Notes: generated by a model not told the origin, from the letters alone. Counted from the first letter of the whole stretch, positions 50,041-62,759 are shown. The stretch: 63,068 nucleotides of DNA, filler included, from Octopus bimaculoides (GCF_001194135.2; 6 parts of 6 records of this genome joined end to end with filler, not necessarily neighbours in it); one strand, 5' to 3'. Numbers and translations: made by a program.

Positions 50041-50628
50041 CGTAAGACATTTTAACCAAATATGAGACTGTAGTATATAAATATATATGTGTGTGTGTGT
50101 GTGTGTGTATATAATGGAGAAATTGTACAAAATGTATAAATGGATGATGAGTAAAGCAATGGCACAGTTTCGATTGCTTGTTGTTTTCCGTAGATTTGTT
50201 GCAGGAACTTTGTAGTGGCAGTTGAAGTAACAGTATTAATAAAGTAGGAGATGGAATGTGTAATAGACTTTATTGGGTGCAGCACATATTTCGATCCATT
50301 CTGGGTCTCTTCAGGTACATTAATAAAAAGTCCCTCTAGAGATTTCTTGAGTCAGCTTAAATACTGCTATATTGTCCATCAAATTCGAGGATTAGTAAAA
50401 TCAGAGAAAATTTATTGAAACACAAAAAATTCTAATATGAACATGGAAAGTATACATTCTAGTTTAGAGAAATGATGTAATCAGCTTTTGCTGTTGTAAC
50501 TGTTAAGAGAAAGAAAAGGAAGTAGAAGTTGAAAGGAAGATAATACTTAGACGAAAATTTTTTTTTTTTTGTGTGTTCATGCTTAGACGCATACATACAT
50601 ACATACATACACAGATATACTATTTACC

Positions 50629-51270
50629 CTCTTTTACTTGTTTCAGTCATTTGACTGTGGCCATGCTGGAGCACCGCCTTTAGACAAGCAAATTGACCCC
50701 AGCACTTATTCTATCAGTCTCCCTTGCTGAACCGCCAGGTTACGGGGACGTAAACACACCAGCATCATTTGTCATGTGATGTTGGGTGGACAAGCACAGA
50801 CACACATACATAAATACATACATATATACGACAGGCTTCTTTCAGTTTCCGTCTACCAAATCCACTCACAAGGCTTTGGTCGGCCTGAGGCTATAGTAGA
50901 AGACGCTTGCCCAAGGTGCCACGCAATGGGACTGAACCCGGAACCATGTGGTTGGTAAGCAAGCTACTTACCACACAGCCACTCCTACGCCTATATATAT
51001 ATATATATATATATGCACATATACATACTTGCTGTCATACACACACATCCATGTATATGTTTGTGTGTCTGTGTTTGTCTCTCCACCATTGCTTGACAAC
51101 TGATGTTAGTGTGTTTACGGCCCCCATAACTTAGCGGTTCAGCAAAAGAGACCGATAGAATAAGTACTAGGCTTACAAAGAAATAAGTCCTGGGGGTTGA
51201 TTTATTTGTCTAAAATCAGTGCTCCAGCATGGCCGCTGTCAAATGACTGAAACCAGTAAAAGAGAGAGAA
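50629..51270. mobile_element. OR1-like SINE (- strand, 50629-50991) back-to-back with a 3' half copy (+ strand, about 51052-51270)
   Basis: Both match the 48970-49373 copy. Confidence 0.88.
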
Positions 51271-51521
51271 AAAGAAAGTCAGGGACCCTGATGAGACATC
51301 AAAACTACAGAAACACCTGAAGCCAATATACAGGTGAGCAGATGAAAACAATATGCTGTTTAGTGCTGAAAACTTTTAGGAGTTCCACAACCGGCCCATA
51401 AACTGATTGCAAACAGAGTACACAATATTAAAGAGCATTGTGGTTCTGGGGTCAGATCAACGCATGCTCTGGGAAACCTCGTGAATGATGATGCATCATT
51501 CCATGTGTATATTACTATTGA

Positions 51522-51600
51522 CTGGCGCTTTGTTGGTTATGATGACAAGGGTTCCGGTTGATTCGATCGACGGAACAGCCTGCTTGTGAAATTAAATTGG
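51522..51600 (-). mobile_element. OK-like SINE tail fragment
   Basis: AGGGTTCCGGTTGATTCGATCGACGGAACAGCCTGCTTGTGAAATTAA is the reverse complement of 45150-45195. Confidence 0.7.
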
Positions 51601-52041
51601 TAAACTTCCTTTAACTCCCATCTGATGTTACAGTTTATTTCTTGGCTACTTAGAGTATAAAGTACAATATTTATAATAAGGAGAATGAAGAATGAAGTTT
51701 GAATGTTCAAATTCTCCATTCTCCTAATTATATATATATATATATAACAGATTAGGACTTGAGTAAATCAGGTACTTAAATGGTAAGGCCTCAGCTCGGG
51801 TCAGAAAATAAAACGTGTACACAACAAAAGTAAAGAAATACATATGTGGATATTGAAATACAGGCAGGAAGATATTCAATTTTGTATATGATTAACTGCA
51901 CCTGACTGAGTATATCATGGGCCCTAAAACTAATCAGGAAATGTGCATTGCACTAAATGTATGGTCTATAATATACTTTAGAACACGCAAGGAGCAGGTT
52001 CCGAGATTATCCATTTGTTGTTATTTATTTATTATTAGATA

Positions 52042-52450
52042 GGCGCGGGAGTGGCTGTGTGGTAAGTAGTTTGCTTACCAACCACATCATTCTGGGTTCA
52101 GTCCCACTGCATGGCACCTTGGACAAGTGTCTTCTACTATAGCCTCAGGCCAACCAAAGCCTTGTGAGTGGATTTGGTAGACGGAAACTGAAAGAAGCCC
52201 GTCGTATATATGTATATATATATATATGTGTGTGTGTGTGTATATGTTTGTGTGTCTGTGTTTGTCCCCCCAACATCGCGTGACAACCGATGCTGGTATG
52301 TTTACATTCCCGTAATCTAGCGGTTCGGCAAAAGAGACCGATAGAATAAGTACTAGGCTTCCAAAGAATAAGTCCTGGGGTCGATTTGCTCGACTAAAGG
52401 TGATGCTCCAGCATGGCCGCAGTCAAATGACTGAAACAAGTAAAAGAGTA
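52042..52450 (+). mobile_element. OR1-like SINE, full length
   Basis: Same structure as 48970-49373. Confidence 0.92.
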
Positions 52451-52578
52451 TATATATTAGTCACAATAAGGATATTTAAACTCCTTATAGAGATATTTAT
52501 CCAAGACACACTGGTTTGATATATTAAATCTTGAAGAGATAATTCTTCAATGAATATATTATATAGAATAACATAAAA

Positions 52579-52694
52579 TATCAAACATTTTTATCAAATT
52601 AAAAAACAGAGTGATCTAATGGATATAAACTTGTATCCATTAATTTGTATCCATTAGATCTCTCTGTTTTCTAACTCAATGAAAAAGTTTGATA
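52579..52694. repeat. Imperfect palindrome (27-bp core arms at 52603-52629 and 52644-52670)
   Basis: AAAACAGAGTGATCTAATGGATATAAA versus the reverse complement AAAACAGAGAGATCTAATGGATACAAA (2 mismatches); weaker pairing extends outwards. Confidence 0.8.
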
Positions 52695-52942
52695 TTACTA
52701 NNNNNNNNNNNNNNNNNNNNNNNNNNNNNNNNNNNNNNNNNNNNTTAATTAATTAANNNNNNNNNNNNNNNNNNNNNNNNNNNNNNNNNNNNNNNNNNNN
52801 ACTCATGTTCATTGTCCGGAAACTTTTCGTCACACATCTGTCACCTCTTCAGCGACACTGTCCGTCCTCGTATATGCTTCTGCTCTGCTTAATCCATTGA
52901 GAATTCTGGACAATGGACATGAGTTAAAATAATAACAGTAAT

Positions 52943-53367
52943 CCTTTCTACTCTAGGCACAAGGTCCGAAATTTTGGGGGAGGAGTCCAGTCGATTAGAT
53001 CGGCTCCAGTACGCAACTGGTAATTGATTTATCGACCCCGAAAGGATGAAAAGCAAAGTCGACCTCGGCGGAATTTGAACTCAGAACGTAAAGACAGACG
53101 AAATACCGCTAAGCATTTTGCCCAGCGTTCTAACGTTTCTTTATTACCCACAAGGGGCTAAATATAGGGGGGACAAACAAGGACAGATAAGGGGATTAAG
53201 TCGATTACATCGACCCTAGAGCGTAACTGGTACTTAACTTATCGACCCCGAAAGGATGAAAAGCAAAGTCGACCTCGGCGGAATTTGATCACAGAGCGTA
53301 ACGGCAGACGAAATACCGCTAAGTATTTCGCCCGGCGTTCTAACGTTTCTGCCAGCTCACCGCCTTT
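52943..53367 (-). mobile_element. OR2-like SINE dimer (two different tails)
   Basis: CCTTTCTACTCTAGGCACAAGG tail copy joined at about 53136 to a TTTCTTTATTACCCACAAGGGG tail copy. Confidence 0.9.
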
Positions 53368-54899
53368 AAGATAAGAGCAGCAATAAACATGTGAAGAACG
53401 AATATATAGTGCGTGTGTTTATTTGGCCAAAAAAAAAAAAAAGAAATGACCGTCCCAAAATATAATAATTTCCAAAATACTTCAAATTTTTCAGCAGAGG
53501 GTCGTTTATTTTCGTGTTAGGGTGTATTTTCCTATATAATATTTACGAATGGCTGTCAAAAGCGTAATAGTGTTAAATGAACTGTTTTTAGTTAATGTTA
53601 TCCGTTATTAATTCATTATTTAAGGCGCACATATTTTATTAAAACGTTCTATTATTTGCTGCCGTTCTTCTTTCATTAATTTATATAAGATGTATTTTTT
53701 CTTCCCCCCTTTTTTTTTATTCAGAAAGATTANNNNNNNNNNNNNNNNNNNNNNNNNNNNNNNNNNNNNNNNNNNNNNNNNNNNNNNNNNNNNNNNNNNN
53801 NNNNNNNNNNNNNNNNNNNNNNNNNNNNNNNNNNNNNNNNNNNNNNNNNNNNNNNNNNNNNNNNNNNNNNNNNNNNNNNNNNNNNNNNNNNNNNNNNNNN
53901 NNNNNNNNNNNNNNNNNNNNNNNNNNNNNNNNNNNNNNNNNNNNNNNNNNNNNNNNNNNNNNNNNNNNNNNNNNNNNNNNNNNNNNNNNNNNNNNNNNNN
54001 NNNNNNNNNNNNNNNNNNNNNNNNNNNNNNNNNNNNNNNNNNNNNNNNNNNNNNNNNNNNNNNNNNNNNNNNNNNNNNNNNNNNNNNNNNNNNNNNNNNN
54101 NNNNNNNNNNNNNNNNNNNNNNNNNNNNNNNNNNNNNNNNNNNNNNNNNNNNNNNNNNNNNNNNNNNNNNNNNNNNNNNNNNNNNNNNNNNNNNNNNNNN
54201 NNNNNNNNNNNNNNNNNNNNNNNNNNNNNNNNNNNNNNNNNNNNNNNNNNNNNNNNNNNNNNNNNNNTCCTCCTCCTCCTCCTCCTCCTCCTCCTCCTCA
54301 TTACTAATAATAATAGTAGTAGTATTTATTATTCTTAGTGCTGTTATTTTAGATGTAACAGTAGCTGCAGCAACAGTAACAGTAATCTAATTGATTGTTG
54401 TTGTTTTTATTGTAATAATAGCAGTAACAAAGTGCAGATAACGGTCATAGTATCATTTTGGTGGCTATGGCGAAAGGAGTTGTGTGACAGGAGAGATGAA
54501 AAGGAGTGAAGGGAGATAATTTCTTCTACGGCTAAAACCTCAACGAATTTTTCAAATTCCATTTGGAAAGGAGAGGTTGGTGGAGTCAGAGGTGCTCACC
54601 TTAGTAAATTTCCTAAAAAGTGGGTGACTGCAGCAATATGACACGTATTAATGGTTTTGCTCTCAGCCTGTGCCCTTTGCCTCTAGATTAGAGAATGGCA
54701 TTTGGGAGAGAGTAATAGCTCTCAGTTGTCAGGAGGATTTTGGTTGTGTGCAGTTTCTTATTTGAGCAGTCCTAGTAGGCGGTCGTCTGCTCTGCGGGGA
54801 TCTATCACATACTTGAATATTTTGTATATGCTTTATTTCAGTTGAAGATGTTTGTCTCACAATTTCTATATAAGATGGTCCGACATTCATCCGCTACGC

Positions 54900-55105
54900 T
54901 TGTGACTTTAGTGAAAATGCCTGGTGATATTTGTTCGGGCATTTGTATTTTTTAATGTCTGAGTTCAAATCCCGTCCAGATCAAAATTAACTTTCATCAT
55001 TCAGGGCTCGATAAATTAAAGTATGAGACAAGTACTGAGTCAGTGGCATCGACTATCCGCTCCCCTCATAATTGTTAGCCTTGTGTCTGAATTAGAAGGC
55101 GTTTC

Positions 55106-55155
<50 letters not shown>

Positions 55156-55410
55156 GTATCATCATCATTATTATTATTATTATTAGTATCATCATCATTA
55201 TTATTATCTGTTGTTGATAAGGCGATGAGCTGGCATATTCGTTAGCTCGCCGGTCAAAATGCTTAGCAATACGTCGTCCGTCTATACGTTCTGAGTTAAA
55301 GTTTCGTCGCGATCGATTTTGCTTCTCATCCTTTCGGATGAAATCAATGTAATCCACTTACGTCCTTCTACGAAATTGCTGGCCTTGTGCCAGAATTTGA
55401 AAACATTATT
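54900..55410 (+). mobile_element. Two OR2-like SINEs (degenerate 54900-55100; 55217-55410) around (ATT)n
   Basis: TCTGAGTTCAAATCCC and GGCGATGAGCTGGCAT heads; GCCTTGTG..GAATT.GAA tails. Confidence 0.7.
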
Positions 55411-55755
55411 AGTAATAGTAGTCATATGAGTAGTTGCTGCTTTTTAGTAGTAGTATTAGTAGTAGTGATTCCATCGTTGTCTTGATAGGATCTTTCGTTG
55501 CCTAATGTAGTTAGTATTATTGCTGTTGATGTCAATTTGTTTCAATGTTTTTCTTTAACACATTTCCTATCCCTCATTTTCTTGTTCTTTGCTTCTCAAA
55601 TACTCATCGATATATCTATATTTATTTTTTTATTATTTTATCCTTGCTTTATATTGGTCATTATTTTACCACGACAATAGGTATAAAGCTGTTTACGTAC
55701 AACCAGCACTTAGTAGGACATTGACTTGGACTCTTGATTGTTCGATTTCCGCACT

Positions 55756-55845
<90 letters not shown>

Positions 55846-56496
55846 CACATACACATGTATATATTCATACAAGCATATATGCACAGATGCGTATAAACAA
55901 GCGTATATACATATGCATACGCACATATTTTTGTAATATGTGCAGATAATCTTTATATTTAGCTTAAGCATTTTTTGTATGTAAATGTATACATATATTT
56001 TTACGTTTTCTCTACATCTCAATATATCTATCCTTGTACACACTTTTACATTGACCTTATTCTAATTATCTGAGGATCTCCTAGATTTCATTCCCCACAA
56101 ACGTGTTTTTTCAATTGTAATGCTTTCTTGTATTTATACATAAACGTAATGGTTTTTCCAAAATAAATTGCACTTCAAATTTAAGGCTTCGATGAAACTT
56201 TGTGGTGTTACTTAGGCACTTAACTATGAGTTCACTGTAAGCTAACGAAGCTCATAAGATAATTGTTTGTTCGTTTGTCATTTCATTTTTATATCAGCAG
56301 ATGTGTGTGTATATGTCTGTGTATGTGTGTGTGGGCATACAAATATGTGATGGACATGTGGCCTGTTGGTTAAGGTATCCGGCAATTTATACATTCGATT
56401 TTTGGAGTCAAGGATTGGCCCTACAGCTGATAGGCATCTAGTTCAAGAGTGATGAGATTTTGAACTCACAGTTGTCTAAACGCCTCACAAATTATT

Positions 56497-56536
<40 letters not shown>

Positions 56537-56540
<4 letters not shown>

Positions 56541-56690
56541 CCCCAATACTCAGCTGGTACTTATTTCATCGACCCCTAAAAAGATGCAAGACAAAGTCGA
56601 CTTCAGCAGAATTTGAAATCCGAAAGTAAAGACAGACGAAATGCCGCTTAGTATTTTGCACGGCGCGGTAATGATTCTGCCCGCTCACTG
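56537..56690 (-). mobile_element. OR2-like SINE (tail missing)
   Basis: TCGACCCC..CTGGTACTTATTTCATCGACCCC..AAAGTCGACTTCAGCAGAATTTGAA..GATTCTGCCC. Confidence 0.75.
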
Positions 56691-56945
56691 TCTTAGTCTG
56701 GTATATAATGGCCACTGAAAACATCCAAGACCCTCCTGATGTGCATAAACGCAAAGGCAAAATAAAGAGCTATATATTAATAATAAATAATGAAGAAAAT
56801 GAGTGAATTAGCACATTTGTTTTCCTGTTATGTATATTTAACACGCACACACGTACACGTGTATAAATGTATGTTTGTGTGTGTGTGTATATATGCAGGG
56901 TTNNNNNNNNNNATAAATGTATGTTTGTGTGTGTGTGTATATATG

Positions 56946-57170
56946 CAGGGTTGGCCAAAAGTCACCTGACAGTAAATCAAAACCATTTAATTCCAAGATT
57001 TATTTATGTTTAACAACTGAATGAATCTAATAAAAGCATCTCAATATGAAACACCGTGAAAAGTGTTCAGACTGAAGTCCTTGAGCGACACATTGTTCGA
57101 ATCATTACAGAATTACAGATAGAATTTATGGAATTTTGATTTACTGTCGGGTGACTTTTGGCTATCCCTG
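56946..57170. mobile_element. Tc1/mariner MITE with TIRs of about 35 bp
   Basis: CAGGGTTGGCCAAAAGTCACCTGACAGTAAATCAAAA / TTTTGATTTACTGTCGGGTGACTTTTGGCTATCCCTG|TA. Confidence 0.9.
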
Positions 57171-57182
57171 TATATGTATGTA

Positions 57183-57400
57183 CTGGGTTGTCCGGAAAGT
57201 TCGTGCCGGTTTATAGTAGCTTACCTTTCGACTTGAAATCACTTCAATTCTGGGAAGAGGGTATTTTCAAGTTAAAGGAAAGATGGAGACGCATTGTGCA
57301 ACAAAATGGTTCATATTTGGTTGATTAAAAATGTAATGGCAAGTATTTATTGACCTTTTTCTTTTCTTTAAAATCGGAACGAACTTTCCGGACAACCCAA
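57183..57400. mobile_element. Mariner MITE retaining the transposase C-terminal tip
   Basis: TA-flanked CTGGGTTGTCCGGAAAGTTCGTGCCG / CGGAACGAACTTTCCGGACAACCCAA; internal F..GIFKLKERWRRIVQQNGSYLVD*. Confidence 0.9.
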
Positions 57401-57558
57401 TATATATATTTGACCATATCACACGAGAAGTTTTAAGCGGGCAATTTAAACTGGCCGTGTGCATACGTGCATATATATGTATGCATACGTTCGTATATGT
57501 AAGTATTCGTATGTTGTATATATATATATATATTTGTATTTATGTGATACCTGAGTAT

Positions 57559-57617
57559 ATTCCACCGATGAAGGCAGATCATTTCTTATGCAGAGCCAGA
57601 AATCCAAGATCTGGAAT
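57559..57617 (+). ncRNA. Hammerhead-like motif (variant core)
   Basis: ATTCCA-CCGATGA-AGGC[..]GCCA-GAAAT-CCAAG-ATC-TGGAAT. Stem I is 6 bp and the triplet is AUC; U4 is C and stem II is weak. Confidence 0.5.
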
Positions 57618-57870
57618 TATCCAGTAATTTTTGCTAATTTATTTTGTCTCTTTGTCTTCTCTCCTGGTGCTATATGAACATTTAATGTGGTTTTAGAGTC
57701 AAGGTCTTGACTGCTATTACAAGCATGGTGGTATCTCTTAGATATCCTAAATTATGATTTATATATATATNNNNNNNNNNNNNNNNNNNNNNNNNNNNNN
57801 NNNNNNNNNNNNNNTTAATTAATTAANNNNNNNNNNNNNNNNNNNNNNNNNNNNNNNNNNNNNNNNNNNN

Positions 57871-58145
57871 GCGACGCTTCTCTCTCTCTCTCTATTATGC
57901 ATATACACGAATGCGGGCGTAGCAGATAACAGATAGCCTTCGGCCGCATATTTGGACCTTGTAATGTCCACCACTCTGATTGGTTGGTATTGGCATATTT
58001 TTCTCTTTTGTTCTATCTCGCGCCAGAGTGCAATCCAACCAATCGCCGCCTTCAGATAAGGTCCAAAGATGCGGCCGAAGGCTAGCTGTTATCTGCTACG
58101 TCTGCATTCATGTATATACATAATAGAGAGAGAGAGAAGCTTCGC
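57871..58145. mobile_element. Foldback (long-TIR) element, arms of about 90 bp
   Basis: GCGACGCTTCTCTC...GTAGCAGATAACAGATAGCCTTCGGCCGCATATTTGGACCTT is the near-exact reverse complement of about 58048-58145; inner GATTGGTTGG/CCAACCAATC also pair. Confidence 0.88.
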
Positions 58146-58153
58146 TACACTTT

Positions 58154-58340
58154 CAGTGTTTCGCAACCATTTCTTATCTATGGTCTCTTTTGATCCCTAA
58201 TTTACTCAGATGTACCTATCTAGCCATTTGATGTATAAAAATTTTTTTTTAATATTTCGTGTATTGTAGAAGTATGACCAATTTATTGCAGTTAAATTTT
58301 AATAACAAATTCTTATATGGACCCTGGTTGAGAACCACTA
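58154..58340. mobile_element. hAT-type MITE
   Basis: CAGTGTTTCGCAACC / GGTTGAGAACCACTA termini resemble hAT-Charlie TIRs; no clear 8-bp TSD. Confidence 0.6.
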
Positions 58341-58704
58341 CTTTATGTGAACATACAACCCGCTAAAAATAGCAGCCAAATCTTCCTTAAATCACACTCA
58401 ACTGTATATTTTTTTTTAAATAGAGGTAAAAAAAACATAGTATAACATAGTTTCTATGCTGGAAAATAAGATGAGACGGTCGGTCACAATCAGGGTCTAT
58501 GAGGCAAGAGGGGAGTTGAAGCACATAGTATACATTGTAGCCGGGCAGGAATACTTCCTGGAGGGAGAGAGAGAGAGAGCGAAAGAGAGAAAGCAATGAA
58601 ACTTTTATCCCTTGATAAAATTCGTCTTAGAAACCATGGCACTGTAACGCTTTTGATCATGGCTTTGCAACTACTACTACTACTACTACTATTACTACTA
58701 CTAC

Positions 58705-58822
58705 TACTACTTTGGTCGGTCCGAGACTATAGGAGAATACATTCACTCAAAGTGGCACGCAGTGAGATTGAACCCGGAACCATGTGGTTGGGAAGAAAAA
58801 CTTCTTACCACACCTGCGCCTA
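58705..58822 (-). mobile_element. OR1-like SINE 5' part
   Basis: GATTGAACCCGGAACCATGTGGTTGG is the reverse complement of the head. Confidence 0.7.
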
Positions 58823-59387
58823 TGCATCTGTAATAAAAATTGCATAACACAAACAGCCTCGCACTGAATCACCTCTCTTTATCATTGTTGTTGTTGTTTG
58901 TTGTTTTTTACTTTCTGACTTCATAATTCACTGTGTACTCTACAATCGATCTCGTTTGTTCTTCCCCTCTCCGCCTCCCCTACTGCAATATTCCCCTCCC
59001 TACCCTACCCCTAACCCCTAACCTCACTCCACCAATCACCGGCGCCCATCTGTTCATTTATACATCAGTAACGACGGCTAAATCAACAGGTTATTCATAA
59101 TCAATGCAAAAATTACATATTCATTCACCATTAATCTGCCAGAATGCATAATTATGATAATTATAATACTAATACTGTATCGCCAGACAATGTTTCTTTT
59201 CTTTCCTTTCAATGTCTTACTGTCGAAGTGACAGACTTGTTAGCGCGTCTGATACAATGCCTTTGCGCCCTAAGTTCGAGACCATATTTATCTTTAATCC
59301 CTTCGGCATCGATAAAGTACCAGCGAACTACATGATCTCTCCTCCTCCCCCTCTCTCTTTCTGTTTGTCTCTCACTCTATCTGTCTC

Positions 59388-59436
<49 letters not shown>

Positions 59437-60118
59437 TTTCTGTCTCTGCCTCTCACTCTGTCAACTTCCCTTTTGTGTCTCTGTCTGTCTGTCTCTCACT
59501 CTCTCTTTCTCTCGCTGTGTTCCTTTTTCTGTCTATGTCTGTCTGTCTGCCTATAAGTCTGTCTCTCTCTCTCTCTCTGTTACTCACTCTCTCTTTCTGT
59601 GCATCTGTCTGTCTCTGTTTCTCGATCTCTCTTGGAATCGGCTACGCGAAAGATCCAAGAATGGTGCGTTCACACACTGCAGCCTCACAAACCCTTTCAC
59701 TGCTACTCAAATAATGTAGCAAAATATGTTTCTTACGATATTTTCTATTTTCTATTTTATAAATAANNNNNNNNNNNNNNNNNNNNNNNNNNNNNNNNNN
59801 NNNNNNNNNNNNNNNNNNNNNNNNNNNNNNNNNNNNNNNNNNNNNNNNNNNNNNNNNNNNNNNNNNNNNNNNNNNNNNNNNNNNNNNNNNNNNNNNNNNN
59901 NNNNNNNNNNNNNNNNNNNNNNNNNNNNNNNNNNNNNNNNNNNNNNNNNNNNNNNNNNNNNNNNNNNNNNNNNNNNNNNNNNNNNNNNNNNNNNNNNNNN
60001 NNNNNNNNNNNNNNNNNNNNNNNNNNNNNNNNNNNNNNNNNNNNNNNNNNNNNNNNNNNNNNNNNNNNNNNNNNNNNNNNNNNNNNNNNNNNNNNNNNNN
60101 NNNNNNNNNNNNNNNNNN

Positions 60119-60189
<71 letters not shown>

Positions 60190-60190
<1 letters not shown>

Positions 60191-60460
60191 TGTAACTTTG
60201 TGTTTGTCTCCTACCACTGCTTGAAACCGGTATTGGTTCATTTTGGTCCCAGTAACTTAGGTGCTCGAGAAAACAGACCAATAGAATAACTACCAGGCTC
60301 AAAGAAAGAAAGAAAGAAAGAAAAGTACTGTGGTCTGTTCATTCCAGTAAAACCTTCGAGGCGGTGCCTCAGCATGGCCGCGATCGAATGACTGAAAGAC
60401 GATAAAAGATAAAGCGGTGCTCCAGCATGGCTTCAGCCCCTGGCTGAAACCAGTAAGAGA
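60190..60460 (+). mobile_element. OR1-like SINE 3' part with duplicated tail
   Basis: TTTGTCTCC...GTAACTTAG..ATAGAATAA; GCGGTGC..CAGCATGGC occurs twice. Confidence 0.7.
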
Positions 60461-61242
60461 ATAAAAAAGAATAAATAGATAAATAAAAAATGAAAGCTTA
60501 TTCCATGAAATTATAAGATGTCTGGCGATAAAGTATCGTAAATAATTACAATATTAATGCACTCTTGTAGATTACTGGTGAATGAATATGTAAGTTTCAT
60601 TGACTGGAAATAACTTATCGATTCACCCATAGCTGGACGGGTAGACGGGTGGACTGGTGATTACTGAAAGCGAGTGGAGTGAGGTAAATGTATTATTACA
60701 ACAGTATGAAGAAAAGAAAAGATCGATGAGACGGTACATGGGTACGAAATAGTAGAGAACATTTTCATAAACTTACTGTGTCTCAAAAGAAGGAAGGACA
60801 ACATATTATAATGATGTGATTATGGAGACACATTATCTACCCCTAATAATATTGTCTACCCCGCATTATATATATATATTCAGGTGAATATGGTACTTAA
60901 ATTGAGGCACCAGAATTTAGTACGGTATTATCCATACTATTTCAAAGTAAGGTGATTAAAATCAAAATAAGCAACAAGGATATCCAGAGGTAATGCAGTA
61001 CGATCGTTTCATGCAACTCCATTTAATTGAACAACGCAATCATTACATCAATTTAAAATGCACAGCAATCCTCAGCTGCACAAAGACAGAATTTAATTAA
61101 ATTAGAACAGATGGACATGTTAGTATAATTATACCTAAAATCTCCAAGAAGTTAAGGAGATAGACACAGAACATGTTGGCTCTACTGCAGCATATAAGTT
61201 ACTTATATGCTGTAGTAGAGGCAATATATATATATATATATA

Positions 61243-61636
61243 GGCGCAAGAGTGGCTGTATTGTAAGTAGCTTGCTTACCAACCACATGGTTCCGGGTTC
61301 AGTCCCACTGCGTGGCAACTTAGGCAAGTGTCTTCTACTATAGCCTCGGGCCGACCAAAGCCTTTTGAGTGGATTTGGTAGGCAGAAACTGGAAGAAGCC
61401 CGTCGTATATGTATGTGTGTATGTTTGTGTGTCTGTGTTTGTCCCCCCAGCATCGCTTGAGAACCGATGCTGGTGTGTTTGCGTCCCCGTAACTTAGCGG
61501 TTCAGCAAAAGAAAGCGATAGAATAAGTACTAGGCTTACAAAGAATAAGTCCTGGGGTCGATTTGCTCGACTGTAAAGGCAGTGCTCCAGCATAGCCGCA
61601 GTCCAATGACTGAAACAAGTAAAAGAGTAAAAGAGA
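61243..61636 (+). mobile_element. OR1-like SINE, full length
   Basis: Same structure as 48970-49373. Confidence 0.92.
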
Positions 61637-62247
61637 TACGTAAGGAATAGCTAATTTTTTATTATGTGACATTTGATCTTTGGTTTCGGTTTTTATTCTT
61701 GCTAACATTGTCACAGTTTTAAAAAAGAAACCGAAAAAAAAAGACCCAACAACATTTTAATCATAAGTTTGGTATGCTTAATGTTTGTCTTTTGGTTTTT
61801 TTATCTGAGATCTTAATGTCTGACCTATTACATTGCTGATTCTATGGTAGCATGAGATTATTTCTTAATTTTGGCGAAGAAATAAATATTGAAGTCGGAA
61901 CAAGCTTTTTTTTTTATCATAAGGAGAGACGGGAGAGGAGGGATTTTGTCAGACATTTCCGAATTTTATCAACAAACTTACGAAGACCGACGCCACCCAA
62001 TAGTCGATGTATTTTTATGTTGTTATCATCATTATTATTATTATTATTATTCAGTAGTTTTATTTTTATAACGTGCTTTCACTTCATTACCGAGCGCAGC
62101 TCTGTGCGCCTTGGGTATGTGCTGTGGTTTGCTGTGGTGCTCTTATGTTTACTGTATTGAAAGTGTTTTGCGTAGAATGTGTGCAGTACCCAGTAGTACA
62201 ATTTTCTGTATGTTATATATATTTGTAAGACCTGCTATTTTTGTTAT

Positions 62248-62318
<71 letters not shown>

Positions 62319-62529
62319 TCTAGTAGAAAAGATTACATTACATTGTCACTGTTAATAAATATTTTCCGATGCTTTGATAGCACTTCAAATAGTTTTCTTT
62401 AAATTAGAATTTATTTTATTCTCAGATAAAACCTGACCTTACTGAACAACTAATTCTTAAACGATTTGAATAAGGCATTTAAACCAGTATTTATACGATA
62501 TACGAGGCATTAAATGCCGTGATGTGTGC

Positions 62530-62596
<67 letters not shown>

Positions 62597-62759
62597 TACA
62601 TAAATACATACATATATATGTACATATATACATGCATGCATGCATACGTACATACATGCATACATACATACATACATGCATACATACATCAACAAAAACC
62701 TGGAAAAATTAGGGTTCTCAAACTTTTCTTGGATTTTCTACACCTTCTTCACTTCGGAC

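Noticed and set aside
51288-51320. CTGATGA...GAAAC hammerhead-like words
   Set aside because: Neither stem I nor stem II can pair, and there is no NUH in register.
58995-59025. CCCTAACCCCTAACC telomere-like fragment
   Set aside because: Only two imperfect units in a C-rich tract; too short to support.
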